Part shown: in pieces, positions 11,653 to 21,645 of the stretch
Position numbering within the stretch: the first letter of the stretch is position 1
Layout of the letters: every line of letters begins with the position of its first letter
Assembly: GCA_040905465.1 (NCBI GenBank)
Contig: JBBDRK010000049.1
Span: 192,246 to 256,245, forward strand
DNA length: 64,000 nucleotides
From: Trueperaceae bacterium
Lineage (GTDB): Bacteria > Deinococcota > Deinococci > Deinococcales > Trueperaceae
Reading direction: 5' to 3'
Notes under the pieces: model-generated
Seen by the model: only the letters and a program-made list of their open reading frames with translations
Database searches by the model: none
What the model was told of the DNA's origin: nothing
Position numbers and translations under genes: made by a program

Positions 11653-12624
11653 GTGCTCATCTTCCTGATCCGCAGAATCCTGGTGATGTTGCCGACGCTG
11701 CTGCTGGTGTCGGCGGTATCGTTCGCGATCATCCAGATGCAGCCCGGGAGCTTCCTCGACCGCTTCCTCGAGGATCCACGGATGAGTCCGGCGACGGTGC
11801 AGCGCATAAACGTCCAACTGGGGCTGGACAAGCCCGCCTGGGAGCAGTACCTGCGCTGGGTCGGAGGAATCGTCACCCGCGGCGACTTCGGCTACTCCTT
11901 CTTCGCCAACCGGCCGGTAGTGCGCGTGATCGGGGAAGCGCTCGGCTGGACGGTGGTGGTGGGCCTCATCACCCTGGTGTTCTCGTGGCTGGTTGCCATC
12001 CCCCTGGGCATTCTCACCGCGCTGCGGCGAAACGGCTTCACCGACTTCGTCGCCTCGCTCGTAGGCTACATAGGGCTGGCCGTGCCCGACTTCCTGGTGG
12101 CGCTGCTGCTGGTGGCGCTGGTACTCAACACCGGCGGCACCCAGGTCGGCGGACTCTTCAGCCCTCGCTTCATCGCCGCGCCCTGGAGCCTGGCCAAGCT
12201 GCTCGACTTCCTCAACCACATGTGGATTCCGGTACTCGCTATCGGCACCTCGGGCGTGGCGGTGATCATGCGCCAGATGCGGGCAAACCTGCTCGACGTT
12301 CTCACCGCCGACTATGTGCGAACGGCCCGCAGCAAGGGGCTGGCAGAGCGACAGGTAGTGAACCGGCACGCCGTTCGCACCGCCATCAACCCGCTGGTGT
12401 CGATGGCCGGACTGTCGCTCCCCGAGGTGATCAACGGCACCATCATCGTCTCCATCGTCCTGAGCCTGCCCACTTTGGGGCCGGTGCTCTACGACTCCCT
12501 TCTCGCCAAGGATCAGTACGTGGCGATGACCGTGCTGCTGCTGGCGTCGCTTCTGCTGATGATCGGCAACCTGCTCGCCGACCTGGCGCTCGCCTGGATC
12601 GACCCCCGTATCCGCTATGGCTGA
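11653..12624 (+). CDS. Peptide/oligosaccharide ABC permease (OppB-like)
   Basis: GDFGYS, DYVRTARSKG, DPRIRY. Confidence 0.93.
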   Translation: MLIFLIRRILVMLPTLLLVSAVSFAIIQMQPGSFLDRFLEDPRMSPATVQRINVQLGLDKPAWEQYLRWVGGIVTRGDFGYSFFANRPVVRVIGEALGWTVVVGLITLVFSWLVAIPLGILTALRRNGFTDFVASLVGYIGLAVPDFLVALLLVALVLNTGGTQVGGLFSPRFIAAPWSLAKLLDFLNHMWIPVLAIGTSGVAVIMRQMRANLLDVLTADYVRTARSKGLAERQVVNRHAVRTAINPLVSMAGLSLPEVINGTIIVSIVLSLPTLGPVLYDSLLAKDQYVAMTVLLLASLLLMIGNLLADLALAWIDPRIRYG

Positions 12625-13750
12625 ACGAGCTCCCGATCCCCGGCACCGTACCGAAGCCGGAGGCCTCAAGGGCCCATCGCAGGAACGCTCGTCCGGTTCC
12701 CTGGCGATGGCATGGCGACGCTTCCGCCGTTCACCCATGGGCTCGATAGGCTTGCTCGTCCTGGCCCTCCTCTATCTCATCGCCCTGCTGGCGCCGTTCC
12801 TTGCGCCCTACGGCATCACCGTTCAGCACAGCCGCAGCGTCTACCAGCCGCCTCAGGGAGTGCACTTGTTCCGCGAAGGCAGGCTGGTGCGACCGTTTGC
12901 CTACGCGCTCACCCGCGAGCGCGACCCGGTGACGTTCCAACGGGTCTACGTCGCGGACGAATCGCAGCCCATGCCGATCCGCTTCTTCGTTCGGGGCGAG
13001 AGCTACCGCTACTTCGGTATCCGCACCGACCTGCACCTGTTCGGCGTGAACGAAGGCGATTTCTTTCCGCTCGGGACCGACCGCTTCGGCCGCGACCTGC
13101 TTTCACGGATCCTGGTGGGCGCTCAGGTGTCGCTGACAGTCGGACTGCTGGGTATCCTCATCTCGTTCACCATCGGAATCCTGGTGGGCGGAGCGAGCGG
13201 CTACTACGGGGGACGGATCGACTCGCTGCTGCAGCGCCTGGTGGAAGTCCTGCTGTCGTTTCCCCGCCTGCCCATCCTGCTGGCGCTGGCCACGGTGATC
13301 CCGGCCAGTTGGCCGTCCACCTGGGTATACGTGGGGATAGTCGCGGTGTTGTCGCTGATCGGCTGGGCCGGACTGGCGCGGGTGGTACGCGGCCAGGTGC
13401 TGGCCGTTCGCCAGATCGAATACGTCCACGCCGCCAGGTCGCTGGGTGCAGGCGACCTCAGGATAATCACCCGGCACGTGCTCCCCAACCTCACCTCGTA
13501 CCTGGTGGTTGCCGCCACCCTGGCGCTGCCCGGTTACATCCTGGGCGAGAGCGCCCTGTCGTTCCTCGGGCTCGGCATCAAGGAGCCCATGACCTCGTGG
13601 GGGCTGCTGCTCAAGGACGCCCAGAACTTCGAAGCGCTGCGTCTGTACCCATGGTTGCTCACCCCAGGTGCGATGATCGTGCTGTCGGTGCTGGCGTTCA
13701 ACTTCGTCGGCGATGCACTTCGCGACGCCGCCGACGTTCGCACTCGCTGA
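12617..13750 (+). CDS. Peptide/oligosaccharide ABC permease (OppC-like)
   Basis: LGTDRFGRDLLSR, ESALSFLGLG, GDALRDA. Confidence 0.93.
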   Translation: MAERAPDPRHRTEAGGLKGPSQERSSGSLAMAWRRFRRSPMGSIGLLVLALLYLIALLAPFLAPYGITVQHSRSVYQPPQGVHLFREGRLVRPFAYALTRERDPVTFQRVYVADESQPMPIRFFVRGESYRYFGIRTDLHLFGVNEGDFFPLGTDRFGRDLLSRILVGAQVSLTVGLLGILISFTIGILVGGASGYYGGRIDSLLQRLVEVLLSFPRLPILLALATVIPASWPSTWVYVGIVAVLSLIGWAGLARVVRGQVLAVRQIEYVHAARSLGAGDLRIITRHVLPNLTSYLVVAATLALPGYILGESALSFLGLGIKEPMTSWGLLLKDAQNFEALRLYPWLLTPGAMIVLSVLAFNFVGDALRDAADVRTR

Positions 13751-13757
13751 ACCGTCC

Positions 13758-14231
13758 TCACTCGCGAGCAGGGGCCTCGAATCTTCGTTCGGGCGCCTTC
13801 CGCTCGCTCACCGTCGCTCCCTTGCCGACGCGGTCGGGGTATACGAAGCCGATGAGCCACAAGAGCCACAGGGCGAGCACCCGCATCGGTCGCAAGAGCA
13901 GCACGGCAGCGACTACCCCGACCCCCACGAGGACCCAGGTCACTCCGGGGAAGAAGCCGAAGCGGAGGATGAGGGCCAGTGCCACGAGAAAAGTGGCCAG
14001 GCTGGCGACGAAGAAGCTCAGCGAGATCGAGATGAGTTCGTTCCCTTCGAGCCGCTTGAAGCGCGAGCCGCATTTCGAGCACTGGTCGCGCACGCCGACC
14101 CAGCCTCTGGTCACCTTCGAGCCGCCGCAAGCCGGGCAGCGGAGCCCGAAGTTGGTCGTGAAGAAACGGCGGAAGGCCAAGCCGGCGTCGTCGACCGGCA
14201 CCTCTCGGTAGAAGACCTGCATTTCCGTCAC
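13758..14231 (-). CDS. DUF983-like zinc-ribbon membrane protein
   Basis: CPACG...CSKCG followed by two hydrophobic helices. Confidence 0.7.
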   Translation of the reverse strand: MTEMQVFYREVPVDDAGLAFRRFFTTNFGLRCPACGGSKVTRGWVGVRDQCSKCGSRFKRLEGNELISISLSFFVASLATFLVALALILRFGFFPGVTWVLVGVGVVAAVLLLRPMRVLALWLLWLIGFVYPDRVGKGATVSERKAPERRFEAPARE

Positions 14232-14305
14232 CCGGCGTCTGCCACGCGATCACTATAATGCCGGGTCGATACAATGCCCTGCGGCTGGAGGACGATGATG
14301 ACAAG

Positions 14306-15898
14306 ATGATCGGCGATTCGGGCAACCTCGCGCGCCTGCAGATGATCGACCTCTCGGGCCAGCAGCTCACGCCCGACGAACGCGCGTTCCTGAGCGAACG
14401 CCGCCCCGGCGGCGTGTGCCTGTTCGGCCGCAATGTGGCCGACCGGTTCCAGGTGGCCGAACTGGTGGCCGAATTGCGCTCGCTGGCCGGCCCGGACCTG
14501 CTGGTTGCGGCCGACCAGGAGGGCGGCGGTGTGATCCGTCTTTCCGACCTGCCCTATCCTCCGGGCGCCATGGCCTTGGGCGCCGCCGACGACCCGCTTC
14601 TCACCAGGCAGGTTGCCGCCGCCACCGGCCGCGGACTGCGCGCGCTGGGGATAAACGTCGACTTCGCGCCGGTCGCCGACGTCAACTCCAATCCGGCCAA
14701 CCCGGTTATCGCCGATCGCTCGTTCGGTGCCGATCCCGAACATGTCGCCAGGCACGTGGTGGCGTTCGTGCACGGGCTGCAGGAAACGGGGGTAGCCGCC
14801 ACGGTAAAGCACTTTCCCGGGCACGGGGACGTTGCGCGCGACTCTCATCTGGAACTGCAGACGCTCGCCCGCTCGGCCCAGATGCTGGAGCGGCTCGAGC
14901 TCCCGCCGTTCCTGGCAGCGATCGCAACCGGCGTCGCCGCGGTTATGAGCGCCCACATCGTCCTCTCGGCCATCGACCCGGAAGCGCCCGCCACGCTCTC
15001 GGCGCCGGTTCTCACCGGCCTGCTCCGTGACCGGCTCGGATTCTCAGGGGTCGTCTTTACCGACGCGCTCGACATGCGCGCCGTCGCCGCCAACTGGGGA
15101 GCGGCGGAAGCGTCCGTGCGAGCACTGGCCGCCGGGGCCGACATGCCCGTTCACGTGGGGCCGGTGCGAGAACACGAGGAGGTGGCGAGCGGGCTCGAGC
15201 GCGCGCTGGCGGAGGGGCGGCTCGACGGCGCCGCACTGGCCGCGTCCAGCGAGCGCCTGGCCCGACTCTCGAACGCATATCCCGCTCGCCCCGACGTCGG
15301 AAGCGCATGGCGTGACGGCGACGATCGTTTGCTGGACGAGGCTGCGCGCCGCTCGTTGCTCCTTCTGGGAAGGCTGCCCCGGATGGTGCCGGGCTCACGG
15401 GTGCTGCTGGTTGCGGCGGAGGCGGTACGTCAGAGCGCGGCCACTCAGGCCACGGTCCGACCCGCCGGCTACCTGGCGGAAGCGCTTCGGGAGCAAGGCG
15501 TGACCGTCGAGGAGCTCGAGTATTCACCCGCGGACGCGCTGGCCGTTGCCCAGCAGGCGCGAGCTGCCGCGCGGGGGTGCGACGTGGTGATCTTCGCTTC
15601 CAGCAGCCGGACGGCGCTGACCGCTGACGAGCGCGAACTCGGCAGGCGGGTAGCGGCCTCGGCCGGAACCGTGGGGAACGAGACAGAAGGGGTCAAGCCG
15701 CCCAATGCGGCCACGGCCGGCTTCGTGCATGTTGCCCTGTGGAACCCGTACAGTGTGGCGGAACTGCCCGGGCCGGCGCTGGTTTCGTTCGGCTGGCGCG
15801 AACGCTCGGCACGTGCCGTGGCGTCCGCCCTGACCGGCGGCCCGGTCACCGGCCGAGCCCCTGTGCCCCTTCGCACTTTCGACGACATCGAGCGCTGA
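14306..15898 (+). CDS. nagZ: GH3 beta-N-acetylhexosaminidase
   Basis: DQEGG, FAPVADVN, RSFG, KHFPGHG, DSH catalytic dyad, TDALDM. The start could instead be 14258. Confidence 0.9.
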   Translation: MIGDSGNLARLQMIDLSGQQLTPDERAFLSERRPGGVCLFGRNVADRFQVAELVAELRSLAGPDLLVAADQEGGGVIRLSDLPYPPGAMALGAADDPLLTRQVAAATGRGLRALGINVDFAPVADVNSNPANPVIADRSFGADPEHVARHVVAFVHGLQETGVAATVKHFPGHGDVARDSHLELQTLARSAQMLERLELPPFLAAIATGVAAVMSAHIVLSAIDPEAPATLSAPVLTGLLRDRLGFSGVVFTDALDMRAVAANWGAAEASVRALAAGADMPVHVGPVREHEEVASGLERALAEGRLDGAALAASSERLARLSNAYPARPDVGSAWRDGDDRLLDEAARRSLLLLGRLPRMVPGSRVLLVAAEAVRQSAATQATVRPAGYLAEALREQGVTVEELEYSPADALAVAQQARAAARGCDVVIFASSSRTALTADERELGRRVAASAGTVGNETEGVKPPNAATAGFVHVALWNPYSVAELPGPALVSFGWRERSARAVASALTGGPVTGRAPVPLRTFDDIER

Positions 15899-16049
15899 TC
15901 GCCACGGACAGCAGCGCAGACAGTAAGGCACGCAAGGGTGGCGTCCTGGCGGGCAAGGTAGCATTGCCGGCGGGCCGGTGGCGGGGTTTTTCCGAACGGC
16001 CGGCGGCGGCAGGCACGGCAGGCGATGGACCGCCGCGAGATTGGAACCG

Positions 16050-17642
16050 ATGTTCGAGCAATACGAGCTTGACGAGCGCGTGATAAACGCGCTCAGGGAC
16101 AGAAATATCACCGACCCTACGCCGGTGCAGGCGGCAGCCTTGCCGCACGCGCTGGATGGGGGCGACGTACTGGGCCAGGCGCGAACCGGCACCGGCAAGA
16201 CGCTGGCGTTCGCCTTGCCGATCTCCCAGCGGCTGCAGCCCGACAATAGCCGCGGCCGCGCACCGCGTGCATTCGTGCTTGCCCCGACCCGTGAGCTGGC
16301 CCTGCAGGTAGCTGGCGAGCTCGGCTGGGTGGCACCGCACCTGAACGTGACGACGGTGTACGGCGGCACCGGCTACGGCACCCAGGCCAGCAGCCTCAAA
16401 CGCGGCACCGACGTGGTGGTGGCAACGCCGGGGCGGGCGATCGATTACCTCGATCGCGGCGTGCTCGACCTGTCCGCCGTGGAGATCGCCGTTCTGGACG
16501 AAGCCGACGAGATGCTGTCGATGGGCTTCGAGGAGGACGTCGAGAAACTGCTGGGAGCAACTCCGTCCGAGCGGCAGACGCTGCTCTTCTCGGCTACCCT
16601 GCCGACCTGGGCCAAGCGGCTCTCCGAGAGGCACCTGCATGAGCCGCTGACGGTGAACGTGGTTCGCGAAGAAGCGGTCGGCTACCACGAGCTCGCCATC
16701 GAGACGTCTTTGGGGAGCCGCACCACGGTGCTGGCCGACGTGCTCCACGCCCACGGTGGCGCACGCTCGATAGTCTTCTCACACACCAAGGCCGAGACCG
16801 ACAAGCTCGCCCAGGCCCTGACGCAAGCAGGAATTCCGGCCGAGGCCATACACGGCGACCTCAACCAGGCGCAACGGGAGCGCGCGGTGGAGCGACTCCG
16901 TTCCGGAAACGTCAAGGTCCTGGTGGGGACCGACGTCGCAGCCCGTGGGCTCGACATCCCCGCCGTCGACCTGGTAGTGCACTTTCGGCTGCCGACCGAC
17001 CCGTCGAGTTATCAGCACCGTTCCGGAAGAACCGGCAGGGCCGGCCGGAGCGGCAAGGTGGTCGTCTTCCATGGACCCCGCGAGCGCAGCGCGCTCGGCA
17101 GGCTCGAGCGAGCCATAAAGCGTCGCTTCGACCACGTTCAGCCGCCCCGCCCGGAGGAGGTCCAGGACGCCAAGCTCGAGGGGTTGCTCGCCCAAATCGA
17201 CGAGCAACCCGAGGCGGACCGAGACGCCTGGCGCGGTGTCGCCCAGCGCTGGCTCGAGCAGAGGAACGAGAAGGCGTTGGCCGGCCTGCTGGCGCTCGCC
17301 CTGGGCGGCAAGCCTGCCGGCCGGAGCCTGCTCACCGGCGAGGAAGGGTGGGTCACGCTGCAGATCAAGGGGGCGCCGTTGCGCGTTCCGCAGGTGATGA
17401 GGCTCCTCAAGGAGACCGGCGCCAAGGAGGTCGGACGGATCGTCGAAGCGGGTCCGGCCGGCGCGCTCGCCGACGTGCGCCCGGAGGATGAGGCCAGGCT
17501 GGTAGGTGCCGCGACCGCCGGATTCGACATCGTGAAGGCCACCCACGTGCCGCGCCAGGCGGAAGGCGATCGCGGCGGCGGGCGCTCCCGGGACCGCAAG
17601 GACGGGCGCGGAGCCCGGGCGTCCGGCGGTTCGCGCCGCTGA
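16050..17642 (+). CDS. DEAD-box RNA helicase (Thermus Hera-like)
   Basis: Q motif, GTGKT, PTRELA, DEAD, SAT, ARGLD, HRSGRTGR. The C-terminal LALALGG..RSLLTGEEGW resembles the Hera dimerisation/RNA-binding region. Confidence 0.93.
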   Translation: MFEQYELDERVINALRDRNITDPTPVQAAALPHALDGGDVLGQARTGTGKTLAFALPISQRLQPDNSRGRAPRAFVLAPTRELALQVAGELGWVAPHLNVTTVYGGTGYGTQASSLKRGTDVVVATPGRAIDYLDRGVLDLSAVEIAVLDEADEMLSMGFEEDVEKLLGATPSERQTLLFSATLPTWAKRLSERHLHEPLTVNVVREEAVGYHELAIETSLGSRTTVLADVLHAHGGARSIVFSHTKAETDKLAQALTQAGIPAEAIHGDLNQAQRERAVERLRSGNVKVLVGTDVAARGLDIPAVDLVVHFRLPTDPSSYQHRSGRTGRAGRSGKVVVFHGPRERSALGRLERAIKRRFDHVQPPRPEEVQDAKLEGLLAQIDEQPEADRDAWRGVAQRWLEQRNEKALAGLLALALGGKPAGRSLLTGEEGWVTLQIKGAPLRVPQVMRLLKETGAKEVGRIVEAGPAGALADVRPEDEARLVGAATAGFDIVKATHVPRQAEGDRGGGRSRDRKDGRGARASGGSRR

Positions 17643-17810
17643 GAGAGTGCCTTAACGCGACAACGACGTGAAGCGAAGCCATAGCAGCCTCGCTTCACGT
17701 CCGCCCCCCGGCGTCCGGCCCGTGATCGGGCCGCCCCGATTAAACCCCGATGCACCCGACGCCCGTAGTGGCGCCCGTACCGCACCCGCTGGTATTGAAG
17801 TACTGGTCGA

Positions 17811-18980
17811 CTAGAGTCCAAGCCCCCGCTCGCGTGCCCAGACCACCGCCTCGACCCGCGACCTGACATCGATCTTCTCGTACACCGAGGTGATGTAGTT
17901 GCGGACCGTCTGTGCTGCTATTCCAAGCTCGGACGCGATCTCGGCGTTGCTGCGCCCCCTCGCCACACGCTCCAGCACCTGACGCTCGCGCCGGGTGAGC
18001 TCGGCGACCCGGGTGGTGTCCACCGTACCGGCACGAATCTCCGCGAGCCGCTCCACCACCGAGCGCGAGAACCAGCTCGCGTCCTGCATCACGTCCTGGA
18101 TCGCCTGCATCAGCTCGTCCTCGCTCCGCTTGCGCTCGGTTATGTCGAAGAACATCACCAGGCTGCCGTGTTTGCCGTTGAGAGGAACCGGCACCTCGGA
18201 CGCGAGGACGGTACGGGTCTCGCCGGCCTTGGTGCGAAGTTCCAGTTCCTCATTGCGAAAGCCGTCTCTACCCGCGCCCATCTGCTCGATCCGGGCGGTG
18301 GTCTCCGCCGAGTACCGGTTCGCAACGTTCTCGATCGTCCCGCCGGCCACCTCGTCGGGAAGATATCCCGTCAGGCTGCAGAAGGCGTCGTTCACCTCGA
18401 GCACCCTCCCGTCTCCGGAGCCGATCACCACCGCAGCAAAGGGGCCGGCTCGGAAGATCGACGCGAACAGCGCCTCGCCCCGGCGCAACTCCTCCACCGT
18501 CTCGCGCAGCTCGGTAGTTCGCTCCTCCACCCGCCGCTCGAGCTCGGCATGGGCACGCTGGAGCGCATCTTCCGCCTCCTTCTGGGCCGTGTTGTCACGT
18601 AGCACCTTCACATAGCCGATCACCTTGCCATGTGGATCGCCGAGCGCCGTCAGCACGCCGTTCGCCCAAAAACGGCTGCCGTCCTTGCGCAGGTGCCAGC
18701 GGTTATCGGCCGCCATGCCCTCGCGCGCCGCCGCCTCCATCTCCCTTTCGGGAACGCCCTCCTCGACGTCTTCGGGAACGAACACGGTGTTTCCCGACAG
18801 CCCCACGAACTCCGACCGGCTGAACCCGAACACCTGCTCGACGCCGCGATTCCACGAGGCGACTATGTTGTTGGGCATGAGCAGGAAGATGGCGTACTCG
18901 CGTACGCTTTCCAACACCTCTCTATAGCTCGGATATGGTGCGAACGGGATCTCATCGGCGTTCCTGTGGTCGCGACCCAT
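17811..18980 (-). CDS. PAS-PAS-LuxR one-component transcriptional regulator
   Basis: SWNRG..FG, RKDGSRFWANG (PAC), coiled coil, second PAS (DITERK), LTRRERQVL...SNAEIA...TVRNY HTH. Confidence 0.88.
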   Translation of the reverse strand: MGRDHRNADEIPFAPYPSYREVLESVREYAIFLLMPNNIVASWNRGVEQVFGFSRSEFVGLSGNTVFVPEDVEEGVPEREMEAAAREGMAADNRWHLRKDGSRFWANGVLTALGDPHGKVIGYVKVLRDNTAQKEAEDALQRAHAELERRVEERTTELRETVEELRRGEALFASIFRAGPFAAVVIGSGDGRVLEVNDAFCSLTGYLPDEVAGGTIENVANRYSAETTARIEQMGAGRDGFRNEELELRTKAGETRTVLASEVPVPLNGKHGSLVMFFDITERKRSEDELMQAIQDVMQDASWFSRSVVERLAEIRAGTVDTTRVAELTRRERQVLERVARGRSNAEIASELGIAAQTVRNYITSVYEKIDVRSRVEAVVWARERGLGL

Positions 18981-19037
18981 GGCAGCGAGAGTAGCCGTCC
19001 TGCGCGGCGGTGAAAGTGGTTCCGGGTTAAGAGTCGA

Positions 19038-20057
19038 TCAGAACCCGCCACCCTCCTCCACGAAGCTCAGCGCCTCGTCCTCGAACGCCATGAAGTTGGC
19101 GCAACCGTGACGGGTGACCACGATCGCCCCGCAGGCGTTGCCCATGCGCGCGCTGCGATACCAGTCCCAGCCGTTCAGCCTGCCGTAGATCAGCCCGCCG
19201 GCGAAGGCGTCACCGGCACCCAGGACGTTCTGCACCTCGACCGGAAACCCCGGCACGCGCAACACGTCCTCGCCGCGCCGGTGAACGGTAGCGCCGGCCG
19301 AACCGCGTTTCGCAACCACGACCTCGGGTCCGGCGGTGAGCGCCAGAAGCGCCTCGATGTTGGCCTCCACGTCTCCGCCGATCTCCGGCGCCGACACCTG
19401 TTGATCGACCACCCGGAGTTGTGCCGGGTCCGTGAGCATGGCCGCGTTGATCTCCTCCTCGGTGCCGATGGCCACATCCACGTTGCGCAGCAGCGCCCGG
19501 ACGTTCACTCCGTAGGCGCGCGCGTCGTGCCACTGGTCGGCACGAAAATCGAGGTCCATGAACACCGTGGCGCCCGACTCACGGGCTCGCTCGGCGGCGA
19601 GGAAGGTAGCGCTGCGGCTGGGCTCGCGACTGAGGCCGGTTCCCGAGATCTCGATGGCGCGCGCTCCCGCCAGCGGCAGGGCCAGCACATCGTCGATGTC
19701 GATCTGCATGTCGGCGGCGTTCTCCCGGTAGAACACCAGCGGGAACCGGTCGGGAGGCTCGATTCCCAGCAATACCGCGCTGCTCCGGGCTTCTGGTTTG
19801 CGCGCGACAAAGGAAGTATCGACGCCCTCGTCGGCCAGGAACCGGAGGATGAACGAACCCACCTTGTCGTCACCCACCGCCGTCAACAGCGCGACGTTCA
19901 AGCCAAGGCGCCGGGCGGCCACCGCGATGTTGGTGGGGCTCCCTCCCACATAGGCGGCGAAGCTCTCGATCTCCTCGAACGGTCGGCCGATTTCATTCGC
20001 GTAGAGATCTATCGACGAGCGGCCGATGGTTATCAGGTCGAACGAGGGCTCGCTCAC
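19038..20057 (-). CDS. iolC: 5-dehydro-2-deoxygluconokinase
   Basis: DLITIGRSSIDLY, YVGGSPTN, FPLVFYREN, GAGDAF PfkB signature. GTG start at 20057. Confidence 0.92.
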   Translation of the reverse strand: MSEPSFDLITIGRSSIDLYANEIGRPFEEIESFAAYVGGSPTNIAVAARRLGLNVALLTAVGDDKVGSFILRFLADEGVDTSFVARKPEARSSAVLLGIEPPDRFPLVFYRENAADMQIDIDDVLALPLAGARAIEISGTGLSREPSRSATFLAAERARESGATVFMDLDFRADQWHDARAYGVNVRALLRNVDVAIGTEEEINAAMLTDPAQLRVVDQQVSAPEIGGDVEANIEALLALTAGPEVVVAKRGSAGATVHRRGEDVLRVPGFPVEVQNVLGAGDAFAGGLIYGRLNGWDWYRSARMGNACGAIVVTRHGCANFMAFEDEALSFVEEGGGF

Positions 20058-20088
20058 TCGCTCATCCGTTCGCCGGCGGGCAGCCGCA

Positions 20089-21576
20089 TCAGAACCGCCG
20101 GCTCCACTCACTGGGCCAGCGCTCCACGACCACCTTCGTTTCGGTGTAGAACTCCACGCCATGCCGGCCCTGGGCGTGCAGGTCGCCGAAGAAACTGTCG
20201 CCCCAGCCGCTGAACGGGAAGAACGCCATCGGCGCGGCCACGCCCAGGTTGATGCCGATGTTGCCGGCGCGAACCCGGTGGCGGAATGCGCGGGCGGCCG
20301 CGCCCGAGGCGGTGAACAGGCACGCCTGGTTACCGAACCTGCGTGCATTGACGATCTCGATCGCCTTCTCGACGGAATCCGCATGCGTCATCGACAGCAC
20401 CGGACCGAAGATCTCGGTGCCGGCGATCTCGCTGGCTGGGTCGACCTCCTCCAGAATGGTGGGGTGCATGAAGTAACCGTTCTCGAACCCCTCCACCCGG
20501 CGCCGGCGTCCGTCGACCCGCAATTTGGCCCCCTCGCTCACGCCCTTGTCCACCAGTTGCGAAATCCGGTCGCGACTTTCGGCGCTGATCACCGGACCCA
20601 TCTCCACGTCCTCCTCCAGCCCGTAGCCGACCCGGCGATCGGAGGCGATCTGGGCAATTCGCTCGCCCAGCTCCTCTCTGGCAGCGCCTACCGTGACAGC
20701 TACCGAAGTCGCCAGGCAGCGCTGGCCGGCGCATCCGAAGGCGCTGTCGGCCAAGATCTTCGAGGTCATCTCCATGTCGGCGTCCGGCAGGATCACCGCC
20801 GGATTCTTCGCACCACCCTGGCACTGGGCACGCTTGCCGTTGGCCGTCGCCCGCGAGTAGATGTACTTCGCCACCGGAGTCGAGCCCACGAACGAGACGG
20901 CCCGCACGCCCTCGTGGTCGAGCAGCGCGTCCACCGTGGGCTTGCCGCCGTTCACCAGCTGAACCACGCCGGCCGGGAAGCCCGCCTGCTCGATGAGCCG
21001 GAACATCAACTGGGTGGTCATCGGGACCTTTTCGCTCGGCTTCAGGATGAAGCAGTTGCCGGTGGCGACAGCGTAGGGAAGGAACCAGAGCGGGATCATC
21101 CCCGGGAAGTTGAACGGCGTGATCGCGGCGACCACGCCCAGCGGCTGGCGGAACATATGCTCATCTATCCCGGAGGCGATGTCCTCGTTGTTGTACCCCT
21201 GCATGAGGATCGGCGCGCCACAGGCGACCTCGACGTTCTCGATGCCGCGCCTGAGCTCGCCGACGCTCTCCTTGTAGGTCTTGCCGCACTCGTCGGTGAC
21301 GGTTCGCCCGAACTCGTCGAGATGATCGTCGAGCAGGGACTTGAGCCGAAACAGGTGCTGGATGCGGTCGACCACGGGAGTGTCGCGCCACCCCGGGAAC
21401 GCCTCGACCGCCCTCTGCACGGCCTCGTCCACCTCGTTCGCGGCGCTCAGCGGCACCCTGGCGATCACCTCACCCCTCGCGGGATTGTGAACCGGACCGT
21501 ATTCGCCGGTCGCCGTGCGCTTCCAGGTTCCACCGATGTAGTTCAGCAGCTCGACGCCGGTTGCAGTGCTATCCAT
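20089..21576 (-). CDS. iolA: CoA-acylating malonate/methylmalonate-semialdehyde dehydrogenase
   Basis: ITPFNFP, KPSEK, FVGST, GGAKN, GQRC, EIFGP. Lies within the iol operon. Confidence 0.92.
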   Translation of the reverse strand: MDSTATGVELLNYIGGTWKRTATGEYGPVHNPARGEVIARVPLSAANEVDEAVQRAVEAFPGWRDTPVVDRIQHLFRLKSLLDDHLDEFGRTVTDECGKTYKESVGELRRGIENVEVACGAPILMQGYNNEDIASGIDEHMFRQPLGVVAAITPFNFPGMIPLWFLPYAVATGNCFILKPSEKVPMTTQLMFRLIEQAGFPAGVVQLVNGGKPTVDALLDHEGVRAVSFVGSTPVAKYIYSRATANGKRAQCQGGAKNPAVILPDADMEMTSKILADSAFGCAGQRCLATSVAVTVGAAREELGERIAQIASDRRVGYGLEEDVEMGPVISAESRDRISQLVDKGVSEGAKLRVDGRRRRVEGFENGYFMHPTILEEVDPASEIAGTEIFGPVLSMTHADSVEKAIEIVNARRFGNQACLFTASGAAARAFRHRVRAGNIGINLGVAAPMAFFPFSGWGDSFFGDLHAQGRHGVEFYTETKVVVERWPSEWSRRF

Positions 21577-21645
21577 GAATTCTCCCTCTGGGCGCCGTCA
21601 GGCGCGCCCTCTTGCCTACAAGCTATTGCATGCCAGCGAGGTGAG

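Noticed and set aside
17700-17790. CCCG-rich short repeats between convergent genes
   Set aside because: Irregular spacing and low complexity, with no consistent period or promoter context.
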